Shown here: piece by piece, positions 42,447-55,351 of the stretch
How positions within the stretch are numbered: the stretch's first letter is position 1
Layout: each line of letters begins with the position of its first letter
From: Perna viridis
Lineage: Eukaryota
NCBI GenBank assembly: GCA_037379345.1
Contig: CM074516.1
Coordinates: 33,021,626-33,085,625 of the forward strand
Direction: 5' to 3'
DNA length: 64,000 bases
Notes under the pieces: generated by a model
Seen by the model: the letters and a program-made list of their open reading frames with translations, nothing else
Told to the model about the DNA's origin: nothing
Database searches by the model: none
Made by a program: the position numbers and the translations under genes

Positions 42447-44751
42447 AAGAAATATTTGTGTTATATATTGTCCTATATTTGTAAGAAGATATGGTGCTCA
42501 AAACACTTAACAAAATTCTACTTGAGTGAGGAACTGAGTAACATAGATGGATGCATGAATGAATGAAGAAATTTTCTCTATATTAAATGGAACACAACAA
42601 TTGATTAGGAGTGTTACAGTAGCATAATGGGGAAAAAAATATCAAATGTGAAACACATCCTACATTTTTTTTGTGAAATGGACAACAATTCTTCCTTTTT
42701 TTCCAATGATGCCTCAGTTTGATTAATTTCAGTTGTAAATTATAAATTGCTAAATGAAATATTCAGAACATCACCTTTGTAAGAGGTCATTGTAATATTC
42801 CTTGTAATAGTCCTTATATCTTTGCAGCTAATTAAAATCTCAGACATATTTTTTTTAAAGATATCACTTGTGGTTTAAATATATACCAAAAAGGAAATAG
42901 CAAACAAACTTGATACATTTTGTAAAATAGAATCAGATTTTGCAGAACTTAAGACTTCAATTTTATTGTATGAAACAGAAAACAGAATCACATGTTCAGA
43001 TATGAAACTATCCTACTCTACATTCAGTTTGTTTATATTGATCAGAACTATTCGGTCATTTTGATCTATAAATCCCTGAAAGTTCAGGTGGATGTTACTT
43101 CCTGTCAAACTGAAATCATGCTTTCAGTGCTTCTTATGTTATATCTTAAATTCATGTTTTTACTGTGATGATGGATTCGTCCTCTAATAAGACTAATCAC
43201 AATAAAAATAACAGCATTGATTTCAGTGAAGTTGAGCAGGGCAATATGTTCCGAGATAAGTCAAAAAGCCCATAAAAACCATGAAGCCCTTCCATTAATA
43301 ACTTGTTTATAAAAGGACCATTTTATTATAACGGTCATAGTCATTGTGAAGACAGATGAAATGAAAACTAATTTAAACTTAATTATACAGATTTAGTTGG
43401 AAACCCATTAGACATCTGGCGTTCAGAAATTAAAGGATAAATATCATCGTCCAATATCCGACAAAATCTTCATCTCGGAAAAGCTTTTGTTTTGCTTTCT
43501 TCTATATGGGCCTTTAGACAAAAGAAATGACTCATATTCCTCTGTTAGTTGTCAAACTATTTCTCAAGACAAATCTAATTCTAACTAACAGCACCATTTT
43601 TCTTTTTAATTTTGTCTCAATGCTCTTTGATTGGTAACTGAACTATTTCATGTAAAAATTATGAGACTTGCTACAGTAAGTCGTGTAGAATAACAGCACA
43701 AATAAAATCACTTTTGAAAACTGATACCATTTTAAATATGAAACTTAAATCACCAACACAGACTTCCTAAAACTTACAAATAAGTTAATTCCATTTTTCC
43801 ACTACAGGACAAAAAAATTCAGCAACATTATTAAAAGAAAATTAGACTGTCCTTTTTTATGAAAATGTCAGCTTGGTCAAAACATCATCAGTCAGGACAA
43901 ACAGCTTCCAGGAAGTACAATATTATTAAGAACAAACACAGTCCTTAAACAGCTTTTGAACATGTTTTACTTTTCATCAAGTACAGAAGTATACTAATAA
44001 TCCAGTACTTGTAACTAATTGTCCTGCATAAATTCTTTAGAATAAGATATTCTTGCAAGTTACCTTAAACAGGCCAAAGTCAGAACTTATAAAATAAAGA
44101 AAAAATCTAATAAGCAAATTCTAACAGAAAACTGGCAACTATATACAGAGCCCTTATTGTAAAAAATACTGAACATATAGTATACATTAGCTGAGATAGA
44201 CAGCCAAATGTACATCACATGACAATCATATTATAATTCACATGTGATAGTCATATGATTCTCAAATACACAATAACAGCAGTTTTGGGTTTAAGAAAGA
44301 AAATATCATTGTGTGTCCGTTACGTCATATATAATGTTTTGTCGATAAATTCAAAGCTGACGTTATTCTGTTTATTGGTGAGGTCACTGTCGATTTGACA
44401 CAACGTCGCAGGGTGATAAAGGTTGAGGGTTGACACCACATGTGATACAGATTTTGTCATTTTATATTTATTATATCATATCTTTTAACTACACTTCTAG
44501 GAGTGAGATATAGGGTATGCAATATAGGATAAACGATACAGGGTTTAAACAAACACTTATAAAGCATATACTAAAAAACGTATATTTTAATTTAAATAAA
44601 TGATATAATGTAATAATCATATATAAAGTGAATTATTTTTGGCCGTGTAAGAATGCCATTCCAATACTGGCTTGATAATTTCTGAGTGAATGTTGCCTGA
44701 CAACTGCCTAACAAGTTTCCTTACTATGCTGAAATATGACTATGTACGTAC

Positions 44752-44817
44752 CTCACCATGGGGAATAGGTTGAACAATGCCTCTAGCCACCAGCATTCTA
44801 CACAAAGTTTCTGTTGC
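44752..44817 (-). CDS. TMEM135: TMEM135 exon 5; ATETLCRMLVARGIVQPIPHGE
   Basis: ctttctgttttag|GCAACAGAAACT...CATGGTGAG|gtacgt. The exon is 66 nt, phase 0-0, and matches recalled human [22 protein letters not shown]. Confidence 0.95.
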
Positions 44818-45150
44818 CTAAAACAGAAAGCAATTTTTATTATTATACATTACAATATTTATCATTTAATCAATTATCCAAATATAAAAAAAATTATTAC
44901 ATTATACAGTACAGAAACTAATGTGCTTATAGTATCTGATTTGTGTGATCAAATATAACCACATTTCTGAAGAAACAACCACAAATCATGGAGAGGCAAA
45001 AACCTATGATTAGCTACATACCAAAACACACCAGTACACACTTTTTACTGCTAGAGGAATGCACAAGTTATAAATACTAATAGAGAACACTTTTTTGCAT
45101 CTAGATAAACATTCCTTTAAAAATCAAGAAAATTATTATTGGCATAACAA

Positions 45151-45355
45151 CATACTGATGCAATGTTAGAGTGCACCCTCCAGTAGCTGTTACATACTGA
45201 TGCAGTAATAGAGTGCACCCTCCAGTAGCTATGACATACTGATGCAGTAATAGAGTGCACCCTCCAGTAGCTATGACATACTGATGCAGTAATAGAGTGC
45301 ACCCTCCAGTAGCTATGACATACTTGTGCAATAAAAAGCACCCTCAAATAGCTGT
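45151..45355. repeat. Minisatellite, about 5 x 42 bp
   Basis: Unit catactgatgcagtaatagagtgcaccctccagtagctatga. Confidence 0.95.
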
Positions 45356-45636
45356 AAGAACATTTGAAATTGTGAATAGATGAAAATATAGATAATCAAA
45401 AATACCTTAAAAATAATCAAACATATTTGCAAAATTGGGGCTAGGTAGAGCACCAAAAACATAAGATGGAAGTTGATACTGTCACCTAATAGTCAAGGTG
45501 ATATGACTAGAACGTTTTCATGTCCAGGTTAGAGTAGACAATCATAAGTCTCAGGCAGGTAAAAATACACAGTAACAGTATTTAGGGAACAATTCATATA
45601 ATAACAAAAAATGTCCCATGAAAATATGAATCATGA

Positions 45637-45830
45637 ATAAGAAAAACTGTGAGCAATGCTCACTTACTTGATACCCCAACTCTCCATTTGATAACATGAA
45701 CTTTTAGACCTCCAAATTAATTTGGATCAAAATCAAAAATAAGAGGTGCACAATGGAAATATGTAATGAAGATCCTGTGAAAGTTTAATTAAATTCCATT
45801 TGGAAGTGTAGGCAGAGTCATAGATTAGAG
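45637..45830 (+). mobile_element. HINE-like 5' fragment
   Basis: aataagaaaaactgtgagcaatgctcac...gatacccc head followed by a cctgtgaaagttt..ttaaattcc core. Confidence 0.55.
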
Positions 45831-46006
45831 ATGGGGACCCTCTGCATAATAGAAGATCATTAGAATCTCATCTAAAGCATTGTTAATACTAATACGAACT
45901 TGAGAGTGCATCTTTAAAACAATGAAGGTATATACCTTAATAAAGAAATCAGGCTTCAAACATTTTATCCAGGAACCTAACAAACAAGGAGGCTACAAAA
46001 CAACCA

Positions 46007-46278
46007 ACCTCCTACTTCTAACCTCCTACTTCTAATGTGTTTTTAAACCTCCTACTTCTAATGTGCTTTTTAACCTCCTACTTCTAATGTGCTTTTTAAC
46101 CTCTTAATTCAAATGTGCTTTGTAACCTCCTACTTCTAATGTGCTTTGTAACCTCCTATGCCTAATGTGCTTTGTAACTCCTATGCCTAATGTGCTTTGT
46201 AACCTCCTACTTCTAATGTGCTTTGTAACCTCCTATGCCTTATGTGCTTTTTAACCTCCTACTCCTAATGTGCTTTTT
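46007..46278. repeat. Minisatellite, about 10 x 26 bp
   Basis: Unit aacctcctacttctaatgtgcttt(g/t)t. Confidence 0.95.
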
Positions 46279-46304
46279 ATCAATCTGACTATCATATATC
46301 ATTG

Positions 46305-47040
46305 GACATACTGACCCTTCCAGAGCACCTAATGTTACTGCCAGTCTTTTTGTAGGAGTTACCATTTCAAGTGCATTAGTTTTTTTTGTCTGCTGTCTTG
46401 TCTACAGTTTTTACATGTAATTGTTATTTTGTCTACAGGGTGTGTATGTGTATCATTTCTGTTTCCTGTCTACAGGGTGAGTATGTGGATCATCTCTGTT
46501 TCCTGTCTACAGGATGTGTATGTGGATCATCTCTGTTTCCTGTCTACAGGGAGTGTATGTGGATCATCTCTGTTTCCTGTCTACAGGATGTGTATGTGGA
46601 TCATCTCTGTTTCCGGTCTACAGGGCGTGTATGTGGATCACCTGTGTTTCCTGTCTACAGGGTGTGTATGTGGATCATCTCTGTTTCCTGTCTACAGGAT
46701 GTGTATGTGGATCATCTCTGTTTCCGGTCTACAGGGCGTGTATGTGGATCACCTCTGTTTCCTGTCTACAGGGTGTGTATGTGGATCACCTCTGTTTCTG
46801 GTCTACAGGGTGTGTATGTGTATCATCTCTGTTTCCTGTCTACAGGGTGTGTATGTGGATCACCTCTGTTTCTGGTCTTCAGGGTGTGAATGTGGATCAT
46901 CTCTGTTTCCTGTCTACAGGATGTGTATGTAGATTGGTTTCCAGTTCTGTATTTTGTTTATATCCCTGGACTCTGACATCTCTGAATTATATGTTTGTTT
47001 TGGTGCTTTGGTATTCTTTTTTTGTCTAATTTTAGTCTCA
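46305..47040 (+). mobile_element. SINE-like element carrying an internal 37-bp tandem array
   Basis: Head acccttccagagcacct...gtctttttgtaggagtt...ttagtttt resembles the family B architecture. A T-rich tail containing tccctgga resumes after the array. Confidence 0.45.
46431..46930. repeat. Minisatellite, 13.5 x 37 bp
   Basis: Unit gtctacagggtgtgtatgtggatcatctctgtttcct. Confidence 0.97.
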
Positions 47041-49530
47041 ATTTTCCATATTTCTATAACCAGCAAAACACCTTTCTTGCCTGTAAGTTGTGCTTTATGT
47101 GTAAAGCAGCTCCCATGTGTTGAATTCACACCAGCTAATAGGATTATTTTTTTTTAATTCAAACCTGTCACTAATACCAATTAGCATTACAAGAAATGGG
47201 GGTTGTCCCACCTAATATAGGTTCGATTTTTCTCACTATCTGAATGTCATAAATTGACCCTGTTGACATCCACGACCATAATTTTAATTTTAAATTTAGA
47301 TAGTTTACCCAAGTAACTATTTAATCTGCCATCTCTGCACAATGAACTAATACAAAGATATAAAAATCACCAAATTATTTTCTTTTTAAATTCAATACAT
47401 GTATGATTGGAATATTTTATGAGCGTCTAATTCTACATTTTTTGAACAAATCATGCCATAACTGCTTCTTTTCACACAGTGTTTTCAATTTGTAATACTC
47501 AATTAATGATAAAGATGTTTTTTTTTCTATTGACATTGAAAAATGAAATTTGGTTGTCAGTAATTGCTTTTCAAATGTGAAAATTGGAAAATTCAATATG
47601 TGTACCAAAAAATCCTTGATGCCATTAACAGAATCAACGGGAAGTTTAACGAACTACCGCATTATATAAAAGGTAAAACCTAGTCTTTCTAAGCCAATTC
47701 ATGAGGAGCTTACAGGACCCCAATTACCAATTATTACCAATAGGTCACACATGACTGCCCAAGTCATAAATAAGATTTTCGCTTTGATTATTAATTCCAT
47801 TTTTGTGAGGTAACCCACAATTATGATAGAGTGACATTTTCAATAATACCACAACGAATGAATAAAGTTGAATAGAAAAATCTGAGAACAAGCAATTATA
47901 TATAAGCAGAACTTCTCAAGTGAATCTATGGTGCTGAATCTTACACTTCCAAGGACATCACTCATCTTTACAAAACGAATTGAAATTGAAATTGAAATAG
48001 CAGGACACTATTATCCTGTAATACCATCAAGACAAAAATGCATAATCTCCTTTAAATTTTTTTATAAGATAAGATATTTAGTTTACCATTTAAATCAGTG
48101 AGGTAAGGCCCCGAAAACAATGAATACCCATGTCATCTAATGATACAGTTAAACCCAAAATTATGTTAGGGGCGGGATTCTTATTTTTATTACACCACTA
48201 TTCAAAGCCGTTTATTCTAGTCACAAAACAAATAGTGAAATGCATGGGTAATACTCCACCTTAGATCTATGCAGTGAAGCACTTTACAATGTACGCATAA
48301 AACCTGAGGTTTGCAAAGTTCTTCTTTGTTAAATTTCACAGAAAACAAACATTCATTACAATTCAATTCATCCGTATTTGCCATTTTAAAATAAAAGTTT
48401 GATTAAATGTACTGAGTTAAATCATAGCACTTTCCAACCAATGCATCCTAGATTGCCAGATTTTCAAGAGGACCTGTTGAACCAATATATAACTATTGCA
48501 GAAAGAAACAGAAACAGATTATATGTTATTTCTATCCAATAAATCTTTCATGTAAAAACAAATTATTGTGAATGGACAAAAGAGAAGTAAAACTTACAAA
48601 GTATTGTTCAGTGCAAAGCAATAACAGGATAGCTTTAAAGCAGCACCTAAAGGTATGGAATGTTAAAATGCAGCAGGCTATCCACTCTATCATAGTAACA
48701 CAATGGGCTATAAATGCAAGGTTAATTTTTTGACACAGACAGATAGCCTATAAATGGATGTGAAAAACACATATCTTTAACAGTATAAGACACGAAACAG
48801 TTTGATTGGTTGGTAGGCTCCACTGAACCATCTGTGATAATCCAATTAAACATATTTGTCAAGTTGCTCAAACGACATCTTTAGAAAAAAAATGGTATGA
48901 ATTGTATTGTGTGCAGTCAGATTATCATGTGATCAAAAATACAACTTTCATGAACAAAACATGACTTAACACCAATAAATGAGATCATATGAGGCACTAA
49001 TCAATCATTTACTACTTAGCATTGTATACAAATAAACCAAGGCCGATGTATCATCCCAGTCAAAGAGAGATGTGAAAGAAGCAATGGTTTACTCTATAGT
49101 TGGAAATTTACTGAGATTTTAATTTTTAACTGTCACAAGGGTCACTGAAATTGGAAAAAAAAATAGAAAATCTTTAAATTTGAACATTATTTCTTCATCC
49201 TCAAAACTCTATGAAACTAAATAGCTACTAAAATACAGAATATGTATCTCAACTTTTCTCACAACTGAGAAATTTTTCACCCCATCCCCCCCCCCACAAC
49301 AAAAAAAAAAAAATAATAACCCACTACCAGGGTATGTTATTAAACCAATTCACTGCTTGTACTTGAATCTCATATTCCTCAACATATGAGAATTCAACTA
49401 ATTCCTTCTTTTAGCATTATGTGTGCATATAAATCCTATAAGCCTTCTATATAATAATCTGATTATATTCTTAACTGCCATTTGCAAGAATCATAAACAT
49501 TGCAGCAAGTAACAGACACCCATGTATCTA

Positions 49531-49649
49531 CAAGGGCAGATCCACAGATTTAATGTACTCATTTAAGCCTAAAGTTTTCCACAAAATTTACAAAATTTTC
49601 AAACAAAAGGAGAAATTCCAAATCTGGGAACCCCCAGGATCTAACACTG
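49531..49649. mobile_element. Degenerate short MITE (CAnGGGCnGATCC ends)
   Basis: caagggcagatcc...ggatctaacactg. Confidence 0.4.
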
Positions 49650-50527
49650 TATCTATATCTGCTATACCAAAAAATAAGAACAGAAAACCTCATGCTAATA
49701 GTGTCCATAATTTGACATCAAATCAAGCAAACTAGCCATTACTCTCCTAATGCACATGTCATGCTTGGTGGAGAAACAGAAACTACCAATTACAACATCT
49801 CTTGCATGACAAGGCATGGGGTCAAACAAGCTGACCTCCTGCACTCATAGAAAACATGCTAAAACATGAGATCAAAGAAACAATACAAATACATTCAGAA
49901 AAACAAGAAACAGCAGTAAAAATCCATTGTCTTCTGTCATAGAACAAAATAGACAAATCACAGCAGACATAACTTGATGCGAATGTACTTTAAGCTAACA
50001 CCAATTAATAAGCAATTAAAATGCTATAGTAATGATTTATGACCATCCATTCAATGATGAGCTTGGAAGCAAATCTTTTTTCAGGAAGAACATCATAATT
50101 GCTACAGATTTCAAGAAATATTCTCTTTGATCTTAATATTTTACCCAATACACAATTAACGAGTAATTTACAGGTGTCATAAACAATATAAGAGCATTTT
50201 GTTTCCTCATCATTAATTCTAAATTGATCATTATTATTTCACAGCTATTAAATACTAGAATTGTAAATTCTCTTATTGATAAAAAGCTTTCTTTTCTATT
50301 GCTAAAAACATCTTTAACCTTTGTCCTGTTTTTCTACCATTAGTTATAAATACATGCATGTTTAATGAACAGCCTTTATCATTGACTTTGAAAATTAAAA
50401 GTAAAAAACAAAGCTATATGAAAATGTATTTATGAAAGATAAAGCACCAATCATAATTCTCATTTTATGAAGTTGAAAATATATACAGGTACAAGTATAT
50501 ATACCCATTCTTTTATTTTGTACCTGA

Positions 50528-50741
50528 TACTGCAAATTCAGAAACTATTACATGTTTATGCAGTAACTAGTGCAATTCTGTTAAGTTAGCTGGAAAAGTA
50601 TTTTTAATTTTTTGCAATTTACGTTATATAACCAAAGCAAAAATGAAAAAAATTTGGAATCTTAATTATTACAAATGTATCTGAATAACATTTTTTTCGC
50701 AAAAATAAAATAACATCACAATAATCACTGAATTTACAGTA
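50528..50741. mobile_element. MITE family D
   Basis: TACTGCAAATTCAG...CTGAATTTACAGTA inverted ends (13/14), TA-bounded. Confidence 0.75.
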
Positions 50742-50992
50742 TACATGTAGTTGGAGGGTTACATACCTTTAGCTATACAATGCATCATATCATATATCAT
50801 TATCTAATTTCATGAACATATCAACCATACCTTGCAATGGTGACCCTTTTATCAACCCTGCCCTACCACTCAATAAATAAAGCCTAAGCAACTTACAGAA
50901 AATAAAAAACATATATTTCTTCACAGTATAGCTACTTCATTACATTAGGCAAAGTTTCCAGATATTTTATACAATTAATATAAACCACTTAC

Positions 50993-51026
50993 CAGATTGG
51001 CCACATACAATGCAAGGAGTCCTCTC
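50993..51026 (-). CDS. TMEM135: TMEM135 exon 4; (R)RGLLALYVANL
   Basis: cttgttttcag|GAGAGGACTCCTTGCATTGTATGTGGCCAATCTG|gtaagt. The exon is 34 nt, phase 2-0, continues the frame from exon 3, and matches recalled human RGLLTIYMANL. Confidence 0.94.
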
Positions 51027-51959
51027 CTGAAAACAAGTAATACAAATTTATAATAACTTTATCAATATGAAATTTATTATATCAGTAGTAAGAAAAAACA
51101 GTTTTACAACTTAACACATACCAGAGTATTTAACTTTGTGGAAAAAAGAAGACAGACTTACAGACATGAACAATTTCTTTTACCTGACAACATGGGCATA
51201 TCAATGAACTACATGATATTATTTTTTCATGTTTAAGAACCTTTTCTTTTCAAGACTTAGGAAATGAGGGCCAGCTGGCACCCAACACTAAAATAAATAT
51301 GGCTCTGTGGTCAATAACCTTAAATTTGGACAGGATTCCACATAATCTAATTAACATAGATACTAAAAAAACAATCAAAAGTTTAAACAACTCCTTAATA
51401 CATGTATTACAACAATGCTTATATGACATATCCTCAAATTAAAAAAAATCTTCTTTTTTTTTTCATATCAAAGTGAAAACAAAAAGAAAGAATTCCACAA
51501 GTCTTTTTTCACTGATTGCTATGGTACCTTTCAAATATTTTATTTATTTATAGTGATCTAAGTCTGAGAAACTACACAAGTGTTTATTTATACTAAAGTC
51601 ATGAACATTTCTCTCATGTTCAGTGTTGAAGCATCTACCAAGAAGGAAAACACGATTTTTGTACTTATTTAATTAATAAGATGTACAATGGACACTCAGG
51701 TAGGAAATGCTCGGCACGAATAATTCATATTCTCTCCTTGGTTGAATAAGTTTTGTTAGTGGAAAAACTATTAGAAACATAATAGTAGTGTCCAATAAAC
51801 GATATAGTGTGTATTGTTAGCTAGTGCTTGGGATTCTGAAATGGCCAGTGTTTCAGAAATAATACTTAAAACATGTAATAGGACCATATCAAAGACAGTT
51901 ACTTTGGTGATAACCGATAACCTCCAACTCAAAATTATTTACGTGTACAAAAAAAGTCA

Positions 51960-52160
51960 TACCTCCTAAATAATACATGAAAAACACCATCAATGGAATC
52001 AATCTTTGTTTTAAGGTCACAAGCATTGTGTTCAAGTTTAAAAAGATCTGGATGACCATTTACTATATTAATATCCATAAACTAATTATAGGAGAAAGAC
52101 AAACAGAGAGACAGACATGTGGACCACTAAACAGCCCAAAGCATTGGGAGGGGATAAAAA
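51960..52160 (+). mobile_element. HINE-like 3' fragment
   Basis: tgtgttcaagtttaaaaagatctgg core, a gacaaacagagagacagac microsatellite and a ccc...gggagggataaaa end. Confidence 0.6.
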
Positions 52161-54256
52161 GGACTATGTACTAATTCACACATAGGAGTAATGGCTGATT
52201 CTTCCAATATAAATTTTCCATATTTTTTACTACTTCAATACTTAGTACAGGGACTCACACTGGTAGGATTGAGTGTTCTCCCCACACTCATATCTTTTAA
52301 GTGAACTTGCCAAGGCCAACAAATAGATAGAAAGGGATTCTTAAAAGTACAGGAGGTGCTAAATAATAGCAAGGAAAAGAGTACATGTAATCCCCATCTA
52401 CCGTTGCACAGATAAAGTTGGTCACTTAAATAATTCTGAAGCACACATACAACTTGATATCAATATTCAGGTATGGTATATAATATGAGTCCTAATCTAA
52501 CATACTAAAACATACACTTACAGAGTTATTTTATCACATCCTACAAATCCCGAAAATCATGGCCCTAAATTATAATAGGACCAAAACTGATAGGACTTAG
52601 AAAGTTTAAAGCCGAAAGCAGGACTTCTGATAACATCCTCATATTACAACATTTTACAGTTGTCCAAATTTATTTATCAAACTGACAAGTAATTATATAT
52701 TTGGTTTAAAGTTACGACCTCGTTACTTTATCCTACTTTTTGTTGTTTAAATTACAGAACCCTTAAACTGTAGCTCCACCCCCTTCTCACCTATGTAAAC
52801 ATGTAAATTGTTAACATGTTCCTTGAATCAACACTGTTCCGATAAAATATTGTTTTAACTTATACAAAGTCACCTTTGCAAGTCTTACTTGAAAGGGAAA
52901 GGGTTGGTTTACTTTGAAATACAAGACTGTTTTCAAATTATTAGGTTTTAAGGTTAATTTTACTAATTGAGGGTATTGAAATACCTAGCATGGACCTATT
53001 CGCATTTTTAAGACCACACAAGGAAGATTACTAAACATTTTCACATATTATCAAAAACATCCAGGTTTTACATCAGGTTGGATGTTTGTTTCTTTGAGCT
53101 AGCACATTAAAATCTAGTTTGTTTGACTTGTACATAAAGCAGGATATGTTCCATAAAAAAAATCCTTTCTCATCTAGCAAGAAAACCTAAAACTTCAATC
53201 AGTCAATCAATCAAGGGTAGATATAATAGGCTCACTTTCAGGAGGATTCCTTAGTGTGTTAATACCTTCAGACTTACAATCTGTCATTTTTATCAAGCTT
53301 ATTGGACCTCAACTTACAGAGGGACTAGTTTGAGTCAAGACCAGAAGAAGTGATGGCTCCTAAAAAGTTTTTCCTAAGTAAAAGCCAAGAGTGAGGCAAG
53401 GAAATTTTGAGGGAAGAATTTGTGAAAAATCAAGATTTCAGGACTAAATTGTATTTCAAATACAGAGATTTAAAAGGCAATTAATATTAATTAAAAGGAA
53501 TAATAATATAAATCCCAGTATTATCTCTCTTCAAACCTTGAACAAGTCAAGAAAAAAAATCTATTCCATTTGGATATTACCAGATTGCAGGTAAACATGC
53601 ATAAAACTGCAATTATAATTTCTGTTTTAAGAAAATTAAATTTATCAATACAATTCTAAGTATTAATTGTCATAAACTACTTCCAATGCCTCATTGTGAA
53701 CAATTCAATTTGATTTTTAATGTTCTAAGTGTCAACTGTTGGCCAATAAAACGTCACATTCTGCCCTGATATGGAAAATAATCAACGCTGACATTTGTAT
53801 GTTTGGTCATAATTACACTATCGAGTCTACTGATCGGTAGTATTACATGAATGCCGATCGTATCAATTGTTATCAGTTCATTACCTGTAATTCTGAATCT
53901 GACCATGTCAAAAACTGACAAAATAATTGAGCTATAAAAATGTTTACATTGCATAGGCTCCGCCACGCTCCCAATTTACAATGAAAGACCAATTTTCTGC
54001 ATACTTTTTTAACAAAACATTTGGTTTCTAATTGTATTAATATTATCATAAAATCTAACATCAATGAAATAAAGTATGAAAAAATATGAAGCCTGACACT
54101 GTGTAAGCCTGTCAATTAAAAAAATATGTGACTCCTTCTCATACAATAAGCCATTGATCTACATAAAAGGAAGTTTGGGAGTATTTTGGTAAAAAAAGAA
54201 AACAGTAGTAAGACTTTCATATTATAATGCTTATTTTTAACTTTTGATCATTATTG

Positions 54257-54524
54257 AAAGAATAATCAAGGAAACGAAGATTCAAATGGCAATCAAAAGA
54301 ATATATATTTCAAGGACAAATCCTAGACAGGGAAAATAGACACACACAACAGAGAACATGAACTAACAAAAATAACATGTACAAATAAAACGAAGTCAAT
54401 GAACAATCCAGACTCGATTAAAAACAAGTAGCATGGACCAAGTGCAATGGTAGGGTAATCATTCTCTGATTTTCTAGAAACACCCACTGTGTAACTCATA
54501 AAATGTCATGTTAAGGGTAGACAA
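54257..54524 (-). mobile_element. Repeat family B, copy 5 (degenerate)
   Basis: agcatggaccaagtgcaatggtagggtaa...ttttctagaaacaccc...aactcataaaatgtca...gggtagacaa. Confidence 0.8.
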
Positions 54525-55174
54525 TATAAGTTATAGGCTCTCAGGTGACCATCTATGGTTATTTATAGTCATAAGATTCTGTTAGATGGTGAGGTGTTAG
54601 CCAAATCCAACTAATAGATCTACTTACTGTCTAAATAATCATAGACGGTTATGGAAGCTTATAACGTATTTGTACAATTTTGCATATCTGTATTATGGGG
54701 AAGCAAGTTAATCTTTGTATAGAACTACCATATATTTCTTTGAGGTTTTTTTGAAATCATTCAGAGATATCTAGGTTAAACATATTTTTGTCTTAGTTTC
54801 AGCTCAAATGTACACACTGGCCAGTGGCATAATTGAACTATCTTTTTCACGACATTCAGGTCACATTGTTTGAAAGTGCTATATTTGTCTCAACGTCATT
54901 CTCATTGATGGATGGATTATTCTTTTAAGGCCATTTGTATATTGTTCATTCAAATATTTTCATCAATGGCGGATAGATTTTCTATGTATCATCCTCATTA
55001 GCATATTGATGCTTCAGTTTAATTTGGACAAATGGTTATCCAATCACGAGTGGTCAACTCAATGCTAAATTGAACAAAAGAGGAATATATGTTGACTTCC
55101 TGGAGCTGTGAATAATATTGAAGATGGATTCTTTATCTCTTAGGTTTCTTCAGCAAATAGCCTGAATATTCTAG

Positions 55175-55351
55175 CAGGGGTTCAAATTAGTGATGGATTG
55201 AGGTCTGGAACCCTCAATTTCTGACCTATGACCTTTGAAATTTCATTTAACTGGGACCTGAACCTTCATTAAGGACTTCTGATTTTCCATCAAAATGAAA
55301 CCTTTGAAAAAACCTGGACCTTCAATGCTTGAAAGACAATTTGAACTCCTG
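55175..55351 (+). mobile_element. MITE family E (CAGG-type, hAT-like ends), copy 1
   Basis: CAGGGGTTCAAATT...AATTTGAACTCCTG (13/14). No intact 8-bp target-site duplication is visible. Confidence 0.65.

Noticed and set aside
46386-47029. Three overlapping Cys-rich ORFs of 167-171 aa (metallothionein- or keratin-associated-like appearance)
   Set aside because: They are translations of a stop-free 37-bp minisatellite. All three frames give the same permuted peptide and there is no splice or start context.
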